Origin: Idiomarina loihiensis L2TR
GTDB taxonomy: Bacteria; Pseudomonadota; Gammaproteobacteria; Enterobacterales; Alteromonadaceae
DNA: 32,000 bases
Assembly: GCF_000008465.1 (NCBI RefSeq)
Contig: NC_006512.1
Location: 2,580,001-2,612,000 of the forward strand
Direction of reading: 5' to 3'
Shown piece after piece: positions 7,855-16,479 of the stretch. Below the pieces are notes generated by a model, which searched no databases, had not been told where the DNA came from, and worked only from the letters and a program-made list of their open reading frames with translations. Each line of letters starts with the position of its first letter. Within the stretch, counting starts at the first letter, position 1. The position numbers and the translations under genes are program-made.

Positions 7855-9723
7855 TTAAGAACTTTTCGTTTCGCTAATATAGTCGTTAACGAATTGCTCA
7901 AGTACATTAAGTGGTACCGGACCACTACCCAGCACAACGTCATGGAATTCACGAATATCAAACGCATCACCAAGCTCTGATTTAGCTTTTTCGCGCAATT
8001 CAAGAATTTTGTTCATACCAATTTTATAGGCTGTTGCCTGGCCTGGCATAACAATATGACGCTCAACCATTTTCACGGCATCGGCTTTCGCGTTCGGCGT
8101 ATTGTTCACGTAGAAATCGATACCCTCTTCACGAGTCCATTTTTTGTCATGGATACCGGTATCAACAACCAAACGCACTGCACGCCAAAGCTCCATAGCT
8201 AAACGACCAAAGTCAGAGTAAGGGTCTTCATAAAGGCCAATCTCTTTTGGAAGTTTTTCGGTATATAGCCCCCAGCCTTCTGTATAAGCCGTGTAACGGC
8301 CATACTTTCTGAAACTCGGAATACCTTCTAGCTCCTGCGCCATTGCAATTTGCATATGGTGGCCCGGAATACCCTCATGATAAGCCAAAGCTTCCATCTG
8401 ATACGTCGGCATAGATGACATATCGTACAGGTTGGCGTAATAGATTCCCGGACGTGAACCGTCCATTGACGGCTGCTGATAGAATGCTTTACCTGCAGAC
8501 TTCTCGCGGAAAGGCTCTACCGCTTTTACCGTTAACTCAGCTTTTGGTTTATTAAGAAACAATTCATCAAGGCGTCCACGCATGTCATCAATAACCGCAG
8601 TGGCTTCATCCAGATAACGTTGACGACCTTCTTCCGTACTCGAATAAGTAAAGTCGTCACTGTTGCGCATATGTACAAAGAACTCCTGAAGCGTGCCGTC
8701 AAAGCCAACTTCTTTCATAATGCCGCGCATTTCTTCGTGAATACGCTCTACTTCGTCCAGACCAATTTGATGAATTTCATCGGCAGTCAGGTCGGTCGTG
8801 GTGGTGCGTTTTAATGCGTTATTGTAAAAAGCTTCGCCATCAGGAAATTTCCAGGCGCCGTCTTTAGTATCCGCTTGCTCAGCAATGCCCTCTACTGAGG
8901 TGATCAAGCTTTCATAGGCCGGTTTTACTGATTCCAGCATCGCTTTTTTCGCCGAATCTAAAAGCTCATCGCGCTGACTGTCATCAATATCTAAGCCGTC
9001 TATTTTCTTAGAAAAGTCTGCCCATAACGCGCTGGGTTCACCATCATCAAACGGCGCACCGGTAATGATATTTTCACTGTCGCTAATGACATAAGGGTAA
9101 ACGAACTTAGGTGCGATAATGCCTTTCTCAGCCCGCAGCTCCAGGTTCTCTGCCAACTGCTCAAATAATTCCGGCAGGCCATTAAGACGCGCAATATAGT
9201 CTTCTGCATCATCCACTTCGCTAATACCGTGCTGATTAATTAGCAACGATGCTACGCTGGAGTGCATACCGAACATTTGGTTAACCGGGTAGTTATAGTG
9301 ACGCCATTTAAAGTCAGCAATGTCGTTTTCCAGCTTCTGCTTCATTAGCGTCCAGCTAATTTTAGTCTGCTCGTTAAGCTTAGATTCATCAATAGCCATT
9401 ACCCGTTCCAGCTGTGCTTTCTGAAACTCTAAATCTTCTTTTGCGCGCTCTTCAGAAATATCGTCCCATTTATCCTGATCATCTTTAATACCAAGGTAAG
9501 ACTGATACATAGGGCTGCGCATAACATTTTCCATGAAAATGTCTTCAAACAGCTTATTCGCCTTTTCCGATTCGGTTTGCTCCGCATTTTGGGTAGTGTT
9601 TTCAGTCGTCGCAGTTTTCGACTCCACAGTTGCCGTCGTCGCTTCTTCTTTGGAAGCGTCAGAGCAGGCTGTTGTCATTAACACTAGCGAGACCGCCAGC
9701 GCTATCTTTTTATATTCAAACAC
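7855..9723 (-). CDS. DUF885 family (metallopeptidase-like) lipoprotein
   Basis: 622 aa with a signal peptide ending ..LMTTA/C. The C-terminal region carries HEGIPGHH and the YTEGWGLY / PGQATAYKIG motifs characteristic of DUF885. Confidence 0.8.
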   Translation of the reverse strand: MFEYKKIALAVSLVLMTTACSDASKEEATTATVESKTATTENTTQNAEQTESEKANKLFEDIFMENVMRSPMYQSYLGIKDDQDKWDDISEERAKEDLEFQKAQLERVMAIDESKLNEQTKISWTLMKQKLENDIADFKWRHYNYPVNQMFGMHSSVASLLINQHGISEVDDAEDYIARLNGLPELFEQLAENLELRAEKGIIAPKFVYPYVISDSENIITGAPFDDGEPSALWADFSKKIDGLDIDDSQRDELLDSAKKAMLESVKPAYESLITSVEGIAEQADTKDGAWKFPDGEAFYNNALKRTTTTDLTADEIHQIGLDEVERIHEEMRGIMKEVGFDGTLQEFFVHMRNSDDFTYSSTEEGRQRYLDEATAVIDDMRGRLDELFLNKPKAELTVKAVEPFREKSAGKAFYQQPSMDGSRPGIYYANLYDMSSMPTYQMEALAYHEGIPGHHMQIAMAQELEGIPSFRKYGRYTAYTEGWGLYTEKLPKEIGLYEDPYSDFGRLAMELWRAVRLVVDTGIHDKKWTREEGIDFYVNNTPNAKADAVKMVERHIVMPGQATAYKIGMNKILELREKAKSELGDAFDIREFHDVVLGSGPVPLNVLEQFVNDYISETKSS

Positions 9724-9822
9724 GTGTTCTCTCCTTTCAGTTTTCTAAACTTGATATCTGTTGTAGCACAGTATGTCAACGCAGGCACGACCACAGGGTA
9801 AATTGTTAAGGCAGGCAGCTGC

Positions 9823-10119
9823 TTATTGCAGTCTATGTTCCCGGCAGGCTTCAATTTGCGCCGCAGGCAAGGACTCACCTATTACCGGTTCAAGAGCTAA
9901 CTGCACTTTTGGGATCAGTGCCTGAAACTCCGCCAGCAAAACCTCTTCGCTTACGCTTTCATTAAACACAAGTGTCACCTTTAAGCTTTGCGGGAAACGC
10001 TGATAATTAACCTCGTGCGTCAGCCAGATAAAACCTTCATGATCAAACTTTGCGGCTTCGCACATTTGAGTCAGTTCGCGGATTATCTCGCGCTCAATTT
10101 TTTTGTCCGTTTTTCGCAT
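9823..10119 (-). CDS. Hypothetical protein (98 aa)
   Basis: Clean ORF with an AAAGG SD 6 nt upstream and normal codon usage. I recognise no motif. Confidence 0.5.
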   Translation of the reverse strand: MRKTDKKIEREIIRELTQMCEAAKFDHEGFIWLTHEVNYQRFPQSLKVTLVFNESVSEEVLLAEFQALIPKVQLALEPVIGESLPAAQIEACREHRLQ

Positions 10120-10221
10120 AGAAACCTTTCGTATTCGTTCAACAGAAAGCCTCGGCTATATTGGTATGGAAAGCGTATTTATTACGGTGCTCTATGCTGG
10201 TAGCATGTGGTTGTCGATAAG

Positions 10222-11325
10222 TTAGGTAGAAGCCTTATAACGCGTACTTCGCCCACCGCCTTCTGTTTTATAAAGCAGCCCTTGTGCAACCATATCCGCC
10301 AAATGTCGCGTCGCCGTTGCTTTGCTCACCTTAGCCACCGACTTATACTGCGATGCATTAATGCCGTCCGAAAAATCACCATCCAACAACCGGTTAAGCA
10401 CCTTTTGCTGATTTGGTTGAATATTTTTATCCGCGTGGTGAGCCCAGAATTTTGCCTTAGCGACAACCCTGTCAATTTTTATTAGGGCGGCATCAACAGC
10501 CTCAGCAAGTGTTTGTAAAAACCAAACAAGCCATGGCGTTATATCAACCCCATGTTTCTGAGTATATTCCAGTATGTCGTAATAACCCGTACGATTTGCC
10601 AGAATCGCTTCAGACATCGCAAATAATCGAATACTTTGTCTGTCCGCCTGAGCCAGAGCTCTGTCGGTAAGCGCTCGAGTTATTCGCCCATTACCATCCT
10701 CAAATGGGTGTATTGTCACAAACCACAAATGGGCAATAGCAGCACGTAACAAAGGGTCATAGTGCAAGTCCTGCTGCGTTTCGTTGTACCAATTAACAAA
10801 GCTTTCGAGCTCTGTTTCTATATTGGCTCTTGGCGGGGCTTCAAAATGAACGGTCGGCCGTGTAATAGGCCCAGAAACAATTTGCATGGGTGCTTCACCG
10901 CGCAAAACGCCAGGCTCTACTTTTTGCATAAGTGATTCATGATGTTCAAACAACCACCTATGCCAGTTTAGTAGCCTTTCTAAGTTAATTGTCTCATCCA
11001 GGTCTGTTACTGCAGAGCGCATTAAACTGGCTAACCCTTCCGACGAACCATCTGTCTTTACCGGTGATTTGTCATTGATACCAAGTTGCCGAGCTAAGGA
11101 GGAGCGCACCGCGTACACATCAACTTTTTCACTTTCTATCGCCGACGATGCAACAATATTTGCCAAGAGCGTATCCAGACTAAACTCAGCGTCATTCTCA
11201 ACTAGTGCAGATTTACCCTTTAGCTGACCAAGACGATCATAAACACCACGCAACAAAGGCGTCAGCTGTTGTTGCTGCCACACCATGTTCGGCCAGTCTT
11301 TGTGCTGCCAAAGCCACGCGGTCAT
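10222..11325 (-). CDS. Fic family protein (DUF4172 N-terminus, Fic core, C-terminal winged-helix)
   Basis: 367 aa. The N-terminal WLWQHKDWPNMVW is the DUF4172 signature. The canonical Fic motif HPFEDGNGRITR is present. The C-terminal ..ATATRHLADMVAQGLL.. looks like a wHTH. The architecture matches class II SoFic-type AMPylators. Confidence 0.9.
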   Translation of the reverse strand: MTAWLWQHKDWPNMVWQQQQLTPLLRGVYDRLGQLKGKSALVENDAEFSLDTLLANIVASSAIESEKVDVYAVRSSLARQLGINDKSPVKTDGSSEGLASLMRSAVTDLDETINLERLLNWHRWLFEHHESLMQKVEPGVLRGEAPMQIVSGPITRPTVHFEAPPRANIETELESFVNWYNETQQDLHYDPLLRAAIAHLWFVTIHPFEDGNGRITRALTDRALAQADRQSIRLFAMSEAILANRTGYYDILEYTQKHGVDITPWLVWFLQTLAEAVDAALIKIDRVVAKAKFWAHHADKNIQPNQQKVLNRLLDGDFSDGINASQYKSVAKVSKATATRHLADMVAQGLLYKTEGGGRSTRYKAST

Positions 11326-11354
11326 TTGCTGATTACCTTAGTTGCTTGCGTCGT

Positions 11355-11415
11355 GAGCTGAATACTAAAGTTATTCGGCTCGATTTATGAGCCAAATAGT
11401 AGGTGTATTCGGCTC
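11355..11415. promoter_or_regulatory. Two tandem 27-bp palindromic sites upstream of fic (putative operators)
   Basis: U1 (11355-11381) is GAGCTGAATA-N7-TATTCGGCTC and U2 (11389-11415) is GAGCCAAATA-N7-TATTCGGCTC. Each has 9/10 arm complementarity, the units share 20/27 positions, and a 7-bp spacer separates them. They lie 30-90 bp upstream of the fic start codon. Confidence 0.4.
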
Positions 11416-11452
11416 ATTTTGCAAACATTGGTACTTCTGTACCTTTTACCTG

Positions 11453-12097
11453 CTAAAGCCAATACGGGACTAAATCTACTAAAAGACTACCTGCGATCAG
11501 ATACATTACCGCACTGATTAATGCATTGATAATACGCCAGGTTCTTGGTTTATTCAGTTTGTTCGCAAGTTTTTTTGCAACAAATACCAGTGTATAGAAC
11601 CAGGCTGCCGAGGCACATAAAGCTCCGGCAACGAACCACGGTCTATAGACTTGCTCAAAGCCAGCAGTAACACCGCCAACCAGAACAACAGTGTCTATAT
11701 AAACGTGTGGGTTTAGAAATGTCATTGCAAAAGCCATCAATAATGCGCTTTTAAGCGATGTTCTTTTGCTTTCACCCTTTTCTATCGATAATCGACTTTC
11801 ACCTTTTATCGCAGCTTTTAGCGCATTACTTCCATACCAGATTAAGAAAATAGCACCCGCTAAGCTCAGCATTTGCCCCCAGATGCTTTCAATCGAAAAG
11901 AGCGCGCCAACGCCAAATACGCCCGCACCAATAAGTAGAATATCGCCGATAAAGCAAACGGTCGCCGCTGCAAACGGATGATTATTCGTTAGCCCGGTTT
12001 TTAACAGAAAGGCATTCTGGCTACCAATTGCAATAATCAATCCACCAGAAATTACGGCACCCATAACGAATACACTGACAAACTCGAACATTATCAC
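11453..12097 (-). CDS. LysE/ArgO family amino-acid exporter
   Basis: 214 aa with about 6 TM helices. GSQNAFL and LNPHVYIDT motifs align with E. coli ArgO (GPQNAFV, LNPHVYLDT). Confidence 0.8.
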   Translation of the reverse strand: MIMFEFVSVFVMGAVISGGLIIAIGSQNAFLLKTGLTNNHPFAAATVCFIGDILLIGAGVFGVGALFSIESIWGQMLSLAGAIFLIWYGSNALKAAIKGESRLSIEKGESKRTSLKSALLMAFAMTFLNPHVYIDTVVLVGGVTAGFEQVYRPWFVAGALCASAAWFYTLVFVAKKLANKLNKPRTWRIINALISAVMYLIAGSLLVDLVPYWL

Positions 12098-12126
12098 TTC
12101 CTGCGTTGTTCTAATCGTTTAAGTCA

Positions 12127-12146
12127 ACGATAATGGAAATTATCGT
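12127..12146. promoter_or_regulatory. Perfect 8-4-8 palindrome in the divergent promoter region (putative XRE-regulator operator)
   Basis: ACGATAAT-GGAA-ATTATCGT lies between the divergent LysE-family exporter and XRE-cupin regulator genes. Confidence 0.4.
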
Positions 12147-12179
12147 CAGTTTAATATAAAGAAACAAATAGTCAATATA

Positions 12180-12755
12180 ATGACCGATAAAGATAAAACA
12201 GCTATTAACGAAGCTATCGCAAAACGCGTTTACACCTTTCGTAAGCAATACGGAATGTCCCTTGATGAGCTGGCTAAAAATGCCGAAATCAGCAAAGGAA
12301 TGCTAGTGCAAATAGAGAAAGGGCGTGCAAACCCAAGTATCGGAATTCTATGCAAATTAGCCAATGCACTTGCCGTTTCTGTGGCGGATATAGTAGCTGT
12401 ATCAGACGACCCTAAAGTAACGATTCGACAGCCTCAGGACATTCCGACACTCTGGAATGGTGATCATGGGGGGGTTGCTCGACTGCTTGCAGGTTCAAAG
12501 GGCACAATCATGATCGAGTTATGGCGATGGTCTATGTTTCCCAAAGAACAATTTGTATCTGAGGCGCACTCTAAAGGAACCATTGAACTCATTCACGTTG
12601 AGGGGGGTTGTTTAGACGTTTTGGTGAATGAAGAAACTTATACTTTATCGGCAGGTGACTCAATGACCGCCGAAATGGACGTTGCGCACACCTACCAAAA
12701 CAGCACTAACGAACCCGTTCACTTCACAATGACGGTCTACGAAAAGTCGAGGTAG
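12180..12755 (+). CDS. XRE-family HTH transcriptional regulator with C-terminal cupin domain
   Basis: 191 aa with an N-terminal HTH_3-type segment (..YGMSLDELAKNAEISKGMLVQIEKGRANPSI..LCKLANAL..) and a C-terminal beta-rich cupin-like half. It is divergent from an exporter gene, a common arrangement for this regulator type. Confidence 0.8.
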   Translation: MTDKDKTAINEAIAKRVYTFRKQYGMSLDELAKNAEISKGMLVQIEKGRANPSIGILCKLANALAVSVADIVAVSDDPKVTIRQPQDIPTLWNGDHGGVARLLAGSKGTIMIELWRWSMFPKEQFVSEAHSKGTIELIHVEGGCLDVLVNEETYTLSAGDSMTAEMDVAHTYQNSTNEPVHFTMTVYEKSR

Positions 12756-12803
12756 AGGTCTCATTGAAAGTTTCTCTTCAAATATCAAATCAAATTTTGA
12801 CCT

Positions 12804-13382
12804 ATGGACCCAAGTATCGTGAATTCCAACAGGCTTTATCTAATAGTCGATCTTGAAGCCACCTGCTGGGACGGCAATGTTGAAGGTTTAGACCGAAAGC
12901 AAACCGTCGATGATATGGAAATTATCGAGTTCGGTTGTGTTATCGCGGAAGACAATGGCACCGTAAGAGACTACCGCTCTTTCATGGTGCGCCCACAATC
13001 ACACCCTAACCTTAGTGAGTTTTGTACACAACTGACCAGCATCGCACAAAGTGATGTTGACGCGGCTCCTGTTTACCAAAGTGTTGTCCCTGAAATAGAC
13101 CAGTGGTTAAAGAATTATAAGTTAGAGGGTTGGGGGTCATGGGGTAATTACGACAAAAACCAAATTAGCGCGGAGCAAAGACGTCATAACCTGGCGCCAG
13201 AGTTTTTCTCACTGTCGCACATGAACATCAAGCAAGAGTGGCGGCGGGGCAAAGTGAATAGTCGTAGCGCTGACTTAGCCAATGCTATGAAATATCATGG
13301 TTTATCGTTTGAGGGAACGCACCATCGCGGTATTGATGATGCGTTGAATATTGCCCCGTTGTTGCGGTTTACTGACTTATGA
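12804..13382 (+). CDS. DEDDh 3'-5' exonuclease (ERI-1/KapD-like)
   Basis: 192 aa with an Exo I motif DLEAT, an IIEFG segment and a C-terminal H-x4-D motif (HHRGIDDALN). Confidence 0.75.
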   Translation: MDPSIVNSNRLYLIVDLEATCWDGNVEGLDRKQTVDDMEIIEFGCVIAEDNGTVRDYRSFMVRPQSHPNLSEFCTQLTSIAQSDVDAAPVYQSVVPEIDQWLKNYKLEGWGSWGNYDKNQISAEQRRHNLAPEFFSLSHMNIKQEWRRGKVNSRSADLANAMKYHGLSFEGTHHRGIDDALNIAPLLRFTDL

Positions 13383-13424
13383 GATCGCACCTGCGATAAT
13401 AACCGCAGGCTACGTCAAAATGCA

Positions 13425-14288
13425 TTATTCGATGTTCTGGATCTGCTCACGCATCTGCTCAATCAAAACCTTTAATTCCACCGCAGCCGCGGTAATGTCA
13501 GAGTTGATAGACTTAGAGGCGAGTGTATTTGCTTCGCGGTTGAACTCTTGCATCATAAAGTCCAGGCGTCGTCCGCAAGGGCCGCCTTTTTTCAGTATTT
13601 TGCGGGCTTCTTCCACGTGGGCGTCTAAGCGGTCGAGCTCTTCGGCTACGTCGGTTTTCTGCGCCAGCATCACCATTTCCTGCTCTACGCGCTGCGGCTC
13701 TAACTCAACTTTAGCTTCTTCAAAACGGGTTAGTAAGCGCTCACGTTGCCAGGCCATCACTTCCGGCATGCGCTCACGCACAAAAGCCACCTGCGTGGTC
13801 ACACCGTCGAGGCGTTCCTGCAGCATTTTATCAATGGCTGCGCCTTCGCTTTTGCGGTTCTCGATAAAGTCGTTAGTGGTCTTTTCCAGTGCGGCCAAAA
13901 CGTCTTTTTGCAGCTCGTCCATGTCCTGGTCCTGAGCAGCAACAACGCCAGGCCACTTTAAAACATCAATAGGGTTTAACTGCCCTGCAGCGGAATGCTG
14001 ACTCACCCACTTGGCGCTGGCAATCACGCTTTTTGCCAGGTCTTCGTTAATCGACAAAGCGCTTTGCTGCGCTTCGTCTACCTGCAGGCTAAGCTTGCAC
14101 TCGACTTTGCCGCGCTGCAGCTTTTTACGAAACTGCTCACGTAGTGAATTTTCCAGAGAGCGAAAGGTTTCCGGCAGGCGGAAGTAGGTTTCCAGATACC
14201 GTTGGTTAACGGAACGAATTTCCCAAACTGCGGTGCCCCAGTCGGCTTTTTGCTCGTAACGAGCATAACCGGTCATACTTTGAATCAT
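13425..14288 (-). CDS. yicC: YicC family stress-induced protein
   Basis: Starting at MIQSMTGYAR (14288, with an AGGA SD) gives 287 aa, the same as E. coli YicC (MIRSMTAYAR..). The conserved C-terminus is ..EFNREANTLASKS.. The ORF-track start at 14339 adds 17 unsupported residues. Confidence 0.9.
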   Translation of the reverse strand: MIQSMTGYARYEQKADWGTAVWEIRSVNQRYLETYFRLPETFRSLENSLREQFRKKLQRGKVECKLSLQVDEAQQSALSINEDLAKSVIASAKWVSQHSAAGQLNPIDVLKWPGVVAAQDQDMDELQKDVLAALEKTTNDFIENRKSEGAAIDKMLQERLDGVTTQVAFVRERMPEVMAWQRERLLTRFEEAKVELEPQRVEQEMVMLAQKTDVAEELDRLDAHVEEARKILKKGGPCGRRLDFMMQEFNREANTLASKSINSDITAAAVELKVLIEQMREQIQNIE

Positions 14289-14499
14289 GTCGGTTCCTTT
14301 GCTGCTAAGCAGCCGTTGCGGATGACGTTGTGATAACAATGTGCGCTGATATTACCTGTGATCCCGACCAAGGTGAAGTCAAAGCCTCGATAAATAAAGA
14401 TGTCACACTTATAACGGCCAACCTGACTTTATTACTGAGTACGCAACATTAAGCCACACAGTAAACCGCCGTAGCCGGCCACAACAAAGGAAATAAAAG

Positions 14500-15396
14500 A
14501 TGAAATCCACAATAGCCGTTATTTTGTCATTCATAGTCAATGCCAGTATGAACCCCACGTTCGCCAATGAACACTCAGACATTCTTTCAAGTCAGGTGTC
14601 GGGTAGCGGACAGGATATGCTGCTAATACCCGGCCTTACCAGCGACAGTCGAGTTTGGCAGGATACTGCACATAAACTTAGTAAAAATTATCGGGTTCAT
14701 CAGCTCAGTATTGCCGGGTTTGGTGACCAACCACATTACCGGCCACTACGGCAGCAATTTACCCAGCCCGTCATGGCTGCCATAACCAACTATCTAACTG
14801 ACCATACCTCTGGGAATGCGGTGATTGTAGGTCATAGTCTGGGCGGCTTCCTCGGTTACCAGTTAGCCGTAGCCGATAAGCCTGCCATAAGCTGTGTGGT
14901 TGCCGTTGATGGCGTCCCGTTTTTCTCTGCATTGGTGACGAGGAACCCGGCCTTAACTGCAGACCAGGCCAAACCTCAGGCACAGCAATTACTGTCGGTT
15001 TATCAGCAAATGTCTGCAGCAACCATGGCGGCTCAAACAGCGCAGGGAGTCTCCCGTCACACCGCTTTAACTCAAGGGCAAGAACTTATTGTAGATATGG
15101 CTAAATCGTCCGATCCGAAAACGGCAGGGCGTGCTATCTATGAGTTGATGACAACAGATTTAAGGCCTCAATTAACACAACTGGAGATTCCGGTGTTACA
15201 GATGGCAGCAACGGGTGCATTTCCGAAAGAGCAACGCGCTGCCGCTATGACGCATTACCAAAAACAAGTCAGTGGTAGCAACCTGATAACCTTGGTAGAG
15301 TTTGATCAGGCGCGGCATTTTATTATGTGGGACCAGCCGCAATCCTTTATTCAGCAAACCACCGACTTTATCGAGGAGCGTTGTCATGCACAGTAA
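14500..15396 (+). CDS. Secreted alpha/beta-fold hydrolase
   Basis: 298 aa with a signal peptide (..NPTFA/NE), a nucleophile elbow GHSLGG and a C-terminal ..ARHFIMWDQP.. His region. Confidence 0.75.
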   Translation: MKSTIAVILSFIVNASMNPTFANEHSDILSSQVSGSGQDMLLIPGLTSDSRVWQDTAHKLSKNYRVHQLSIAGFGDQPHYRPLRQQFTQPVMAAITNYLTDHTSGNAVIVGHSLGGFLGYQLAVADKPAISCVVAVDGVPFFSALVTRNPALTADQAKPQAQQLLSVYQQMSAATMAAQTAQGVSRHTALTQGQELIVDMAKSSDPKTAGRAIYELMTTDLRPQLTQLEIPVLQMAATGAFPKEQRAAAMTHYQKQVSGSNLITLVEFDQARHFIMWDQPQSFIQQTTDFIEERCHAQ

Positions 15397-16459
15397 CATC
15401 GCTGCGTTAACTCAACACGTCAAACACGCGCAAGCCGGTGATAAATCAGCTTTTGCTGAAATTGTTCAGTGCACACAAAACCTGGTTGCCAGTGTCGCGC
15501 TGGCCATTGTTCAGGACGTTAAAGCTAGTGAAGATGTGGCCCAAGAAGCCTATATACTGGCCTGGCAGAAAATGAACCAGTTGAAACAGGCACAAAGCTT
15601 TTTACCCTGGCTGCGGCAAACCACCCGCCATTGTGCTTATCAGTGGCTTGAGAAGGAAAAACACAATCACCGGCAACACCAAAAACCTCTCGACAAAGAG
15701 CTGGAACAGCTAATAGCAACTGAACAGCCAGATGAGGACTTTACACAGCAACAGCGGAACCAAATTATTGCACAAGCACTCACTCGCCTGCCCGATGACA
15801 GCCGCGATATTGTGCTGCTGTACTACCGAGAGCAACAGTCCAGTGAGCACGTTGCTGAACTGTTGGGTGTTGACGCCGCAACGGTGCGTAAACGTTTGTC
15901 CCGCGCCCGCAAAATGCTTGCGGCGAACTTACTGAGTCGAGTCGGGAAAGCCGCCTTACTCAGTGCTCCGTCACTCAGCGTCACCACGATACTCAGCTCG
16001 GCACTAACATTTGGCAGTCCACCGGCAGCAGCGGCTGGCTTATCCGCTTCCGGCGCACTCGGTAGCGGAATCAAGTGGATCACCTTTTTGGGTATTGCAG
16101 CCATTGGTATTTTTGCCGCTTTAGCCGGCTTGTTTATCGGCTCTCGTCAAGCACAGAAGTACGCCCCAACACACCAGGCGAAACAGCATCTGGTTCGTTT
16201 GCGAAATCGGGCAGCCGTATTCTTGGTCGTTATAGGCGGTTTGTTTTTTGCCAGTTATGAGCTGGACCCCGGCTGGATTCTTCCGCTTGCGACTTACAGT
16301 CTTTTAGTGACTGGCATCATGTACTATCAAGTTCAGGTGCAGCGTCACGTTAATAACCCAAAATCAAAACGCTGGAGCTGCTATTTAGGCGCCATTCTGG
16401 GTTTTGGTGGCGGGGGAATATCATTCATTGCGGGTTTAATCATGAGTGGCCGACTCTAG
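15386..16459 (+). CDS. ECF-type sigma-70 family sigma factor fused to a C-terminal ~4-TM membrane domain
   Basis: The ATG at 15386 has a GAGGAG SD 7 nt upstream and overlaps the hydrolase stop by 11 nt. The ORF-track start at 15302 is out of frame with the hydrolase gene and unsupported. A sigma2-like segment (..DVAQEAYILAWQK..) and a sigma4 HTH (..SSEHVAELLGVDAATVRKRLSRARKML) are followed by about 170 aa with four hydrophobic helices. Confidence 0.75.
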   Translation: MHSNIAALTQHVKHAQAGDKSAFAEIVQCTQNLVASVALAIVQDVKASEDVAQEAYILAWQKMNQLKQAQSFLPWLRQTTRHCAYQWLEKEKHNHRQHQKPLDKELEQLIATEQPDEDFTQQQRNQIIAQALTRLPDDSRDIVLLYYREQQSSEHVAELLGVDAATVRKRLSRARKMLAANLLSRVGKAALLSAPSLSVTTILSSALTFGSPPAAAAGLSASGALGSGIKWITFLGIAAIGIFAALAGLFIGSRQAQKYAPTHQAKQHLVRLRNRAAVFLVVIGGLFFASYELDPGWILPLATYSLLVTGIMYYQVQVQRHVNNPKSKRWSCYLGAILGFGGGGISFIAGLIMSGRL

Positions 16460-16479
16460 TCGGCCGTTACCTTAATTAG

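Noticed and set aside
13351-13935. 194-aa plus-strand ORF, very Ser-rich
   Set aside because: It lies entirely antisense to yicC, which is an unambiguous orthologue. The composition bias (runs of S, C and R) indicates a shadow ORF.
16448-16465. Palindrome GGCCGACT-ct-AGTCGGCC spanning the sigma-factor stop codon
   Set aside because: It could act as a bidirectional terminator between the convergent sigma and smrA genes. However, it has a 2-nt loop and no flanking U-run, so it is not reported as a terminator.
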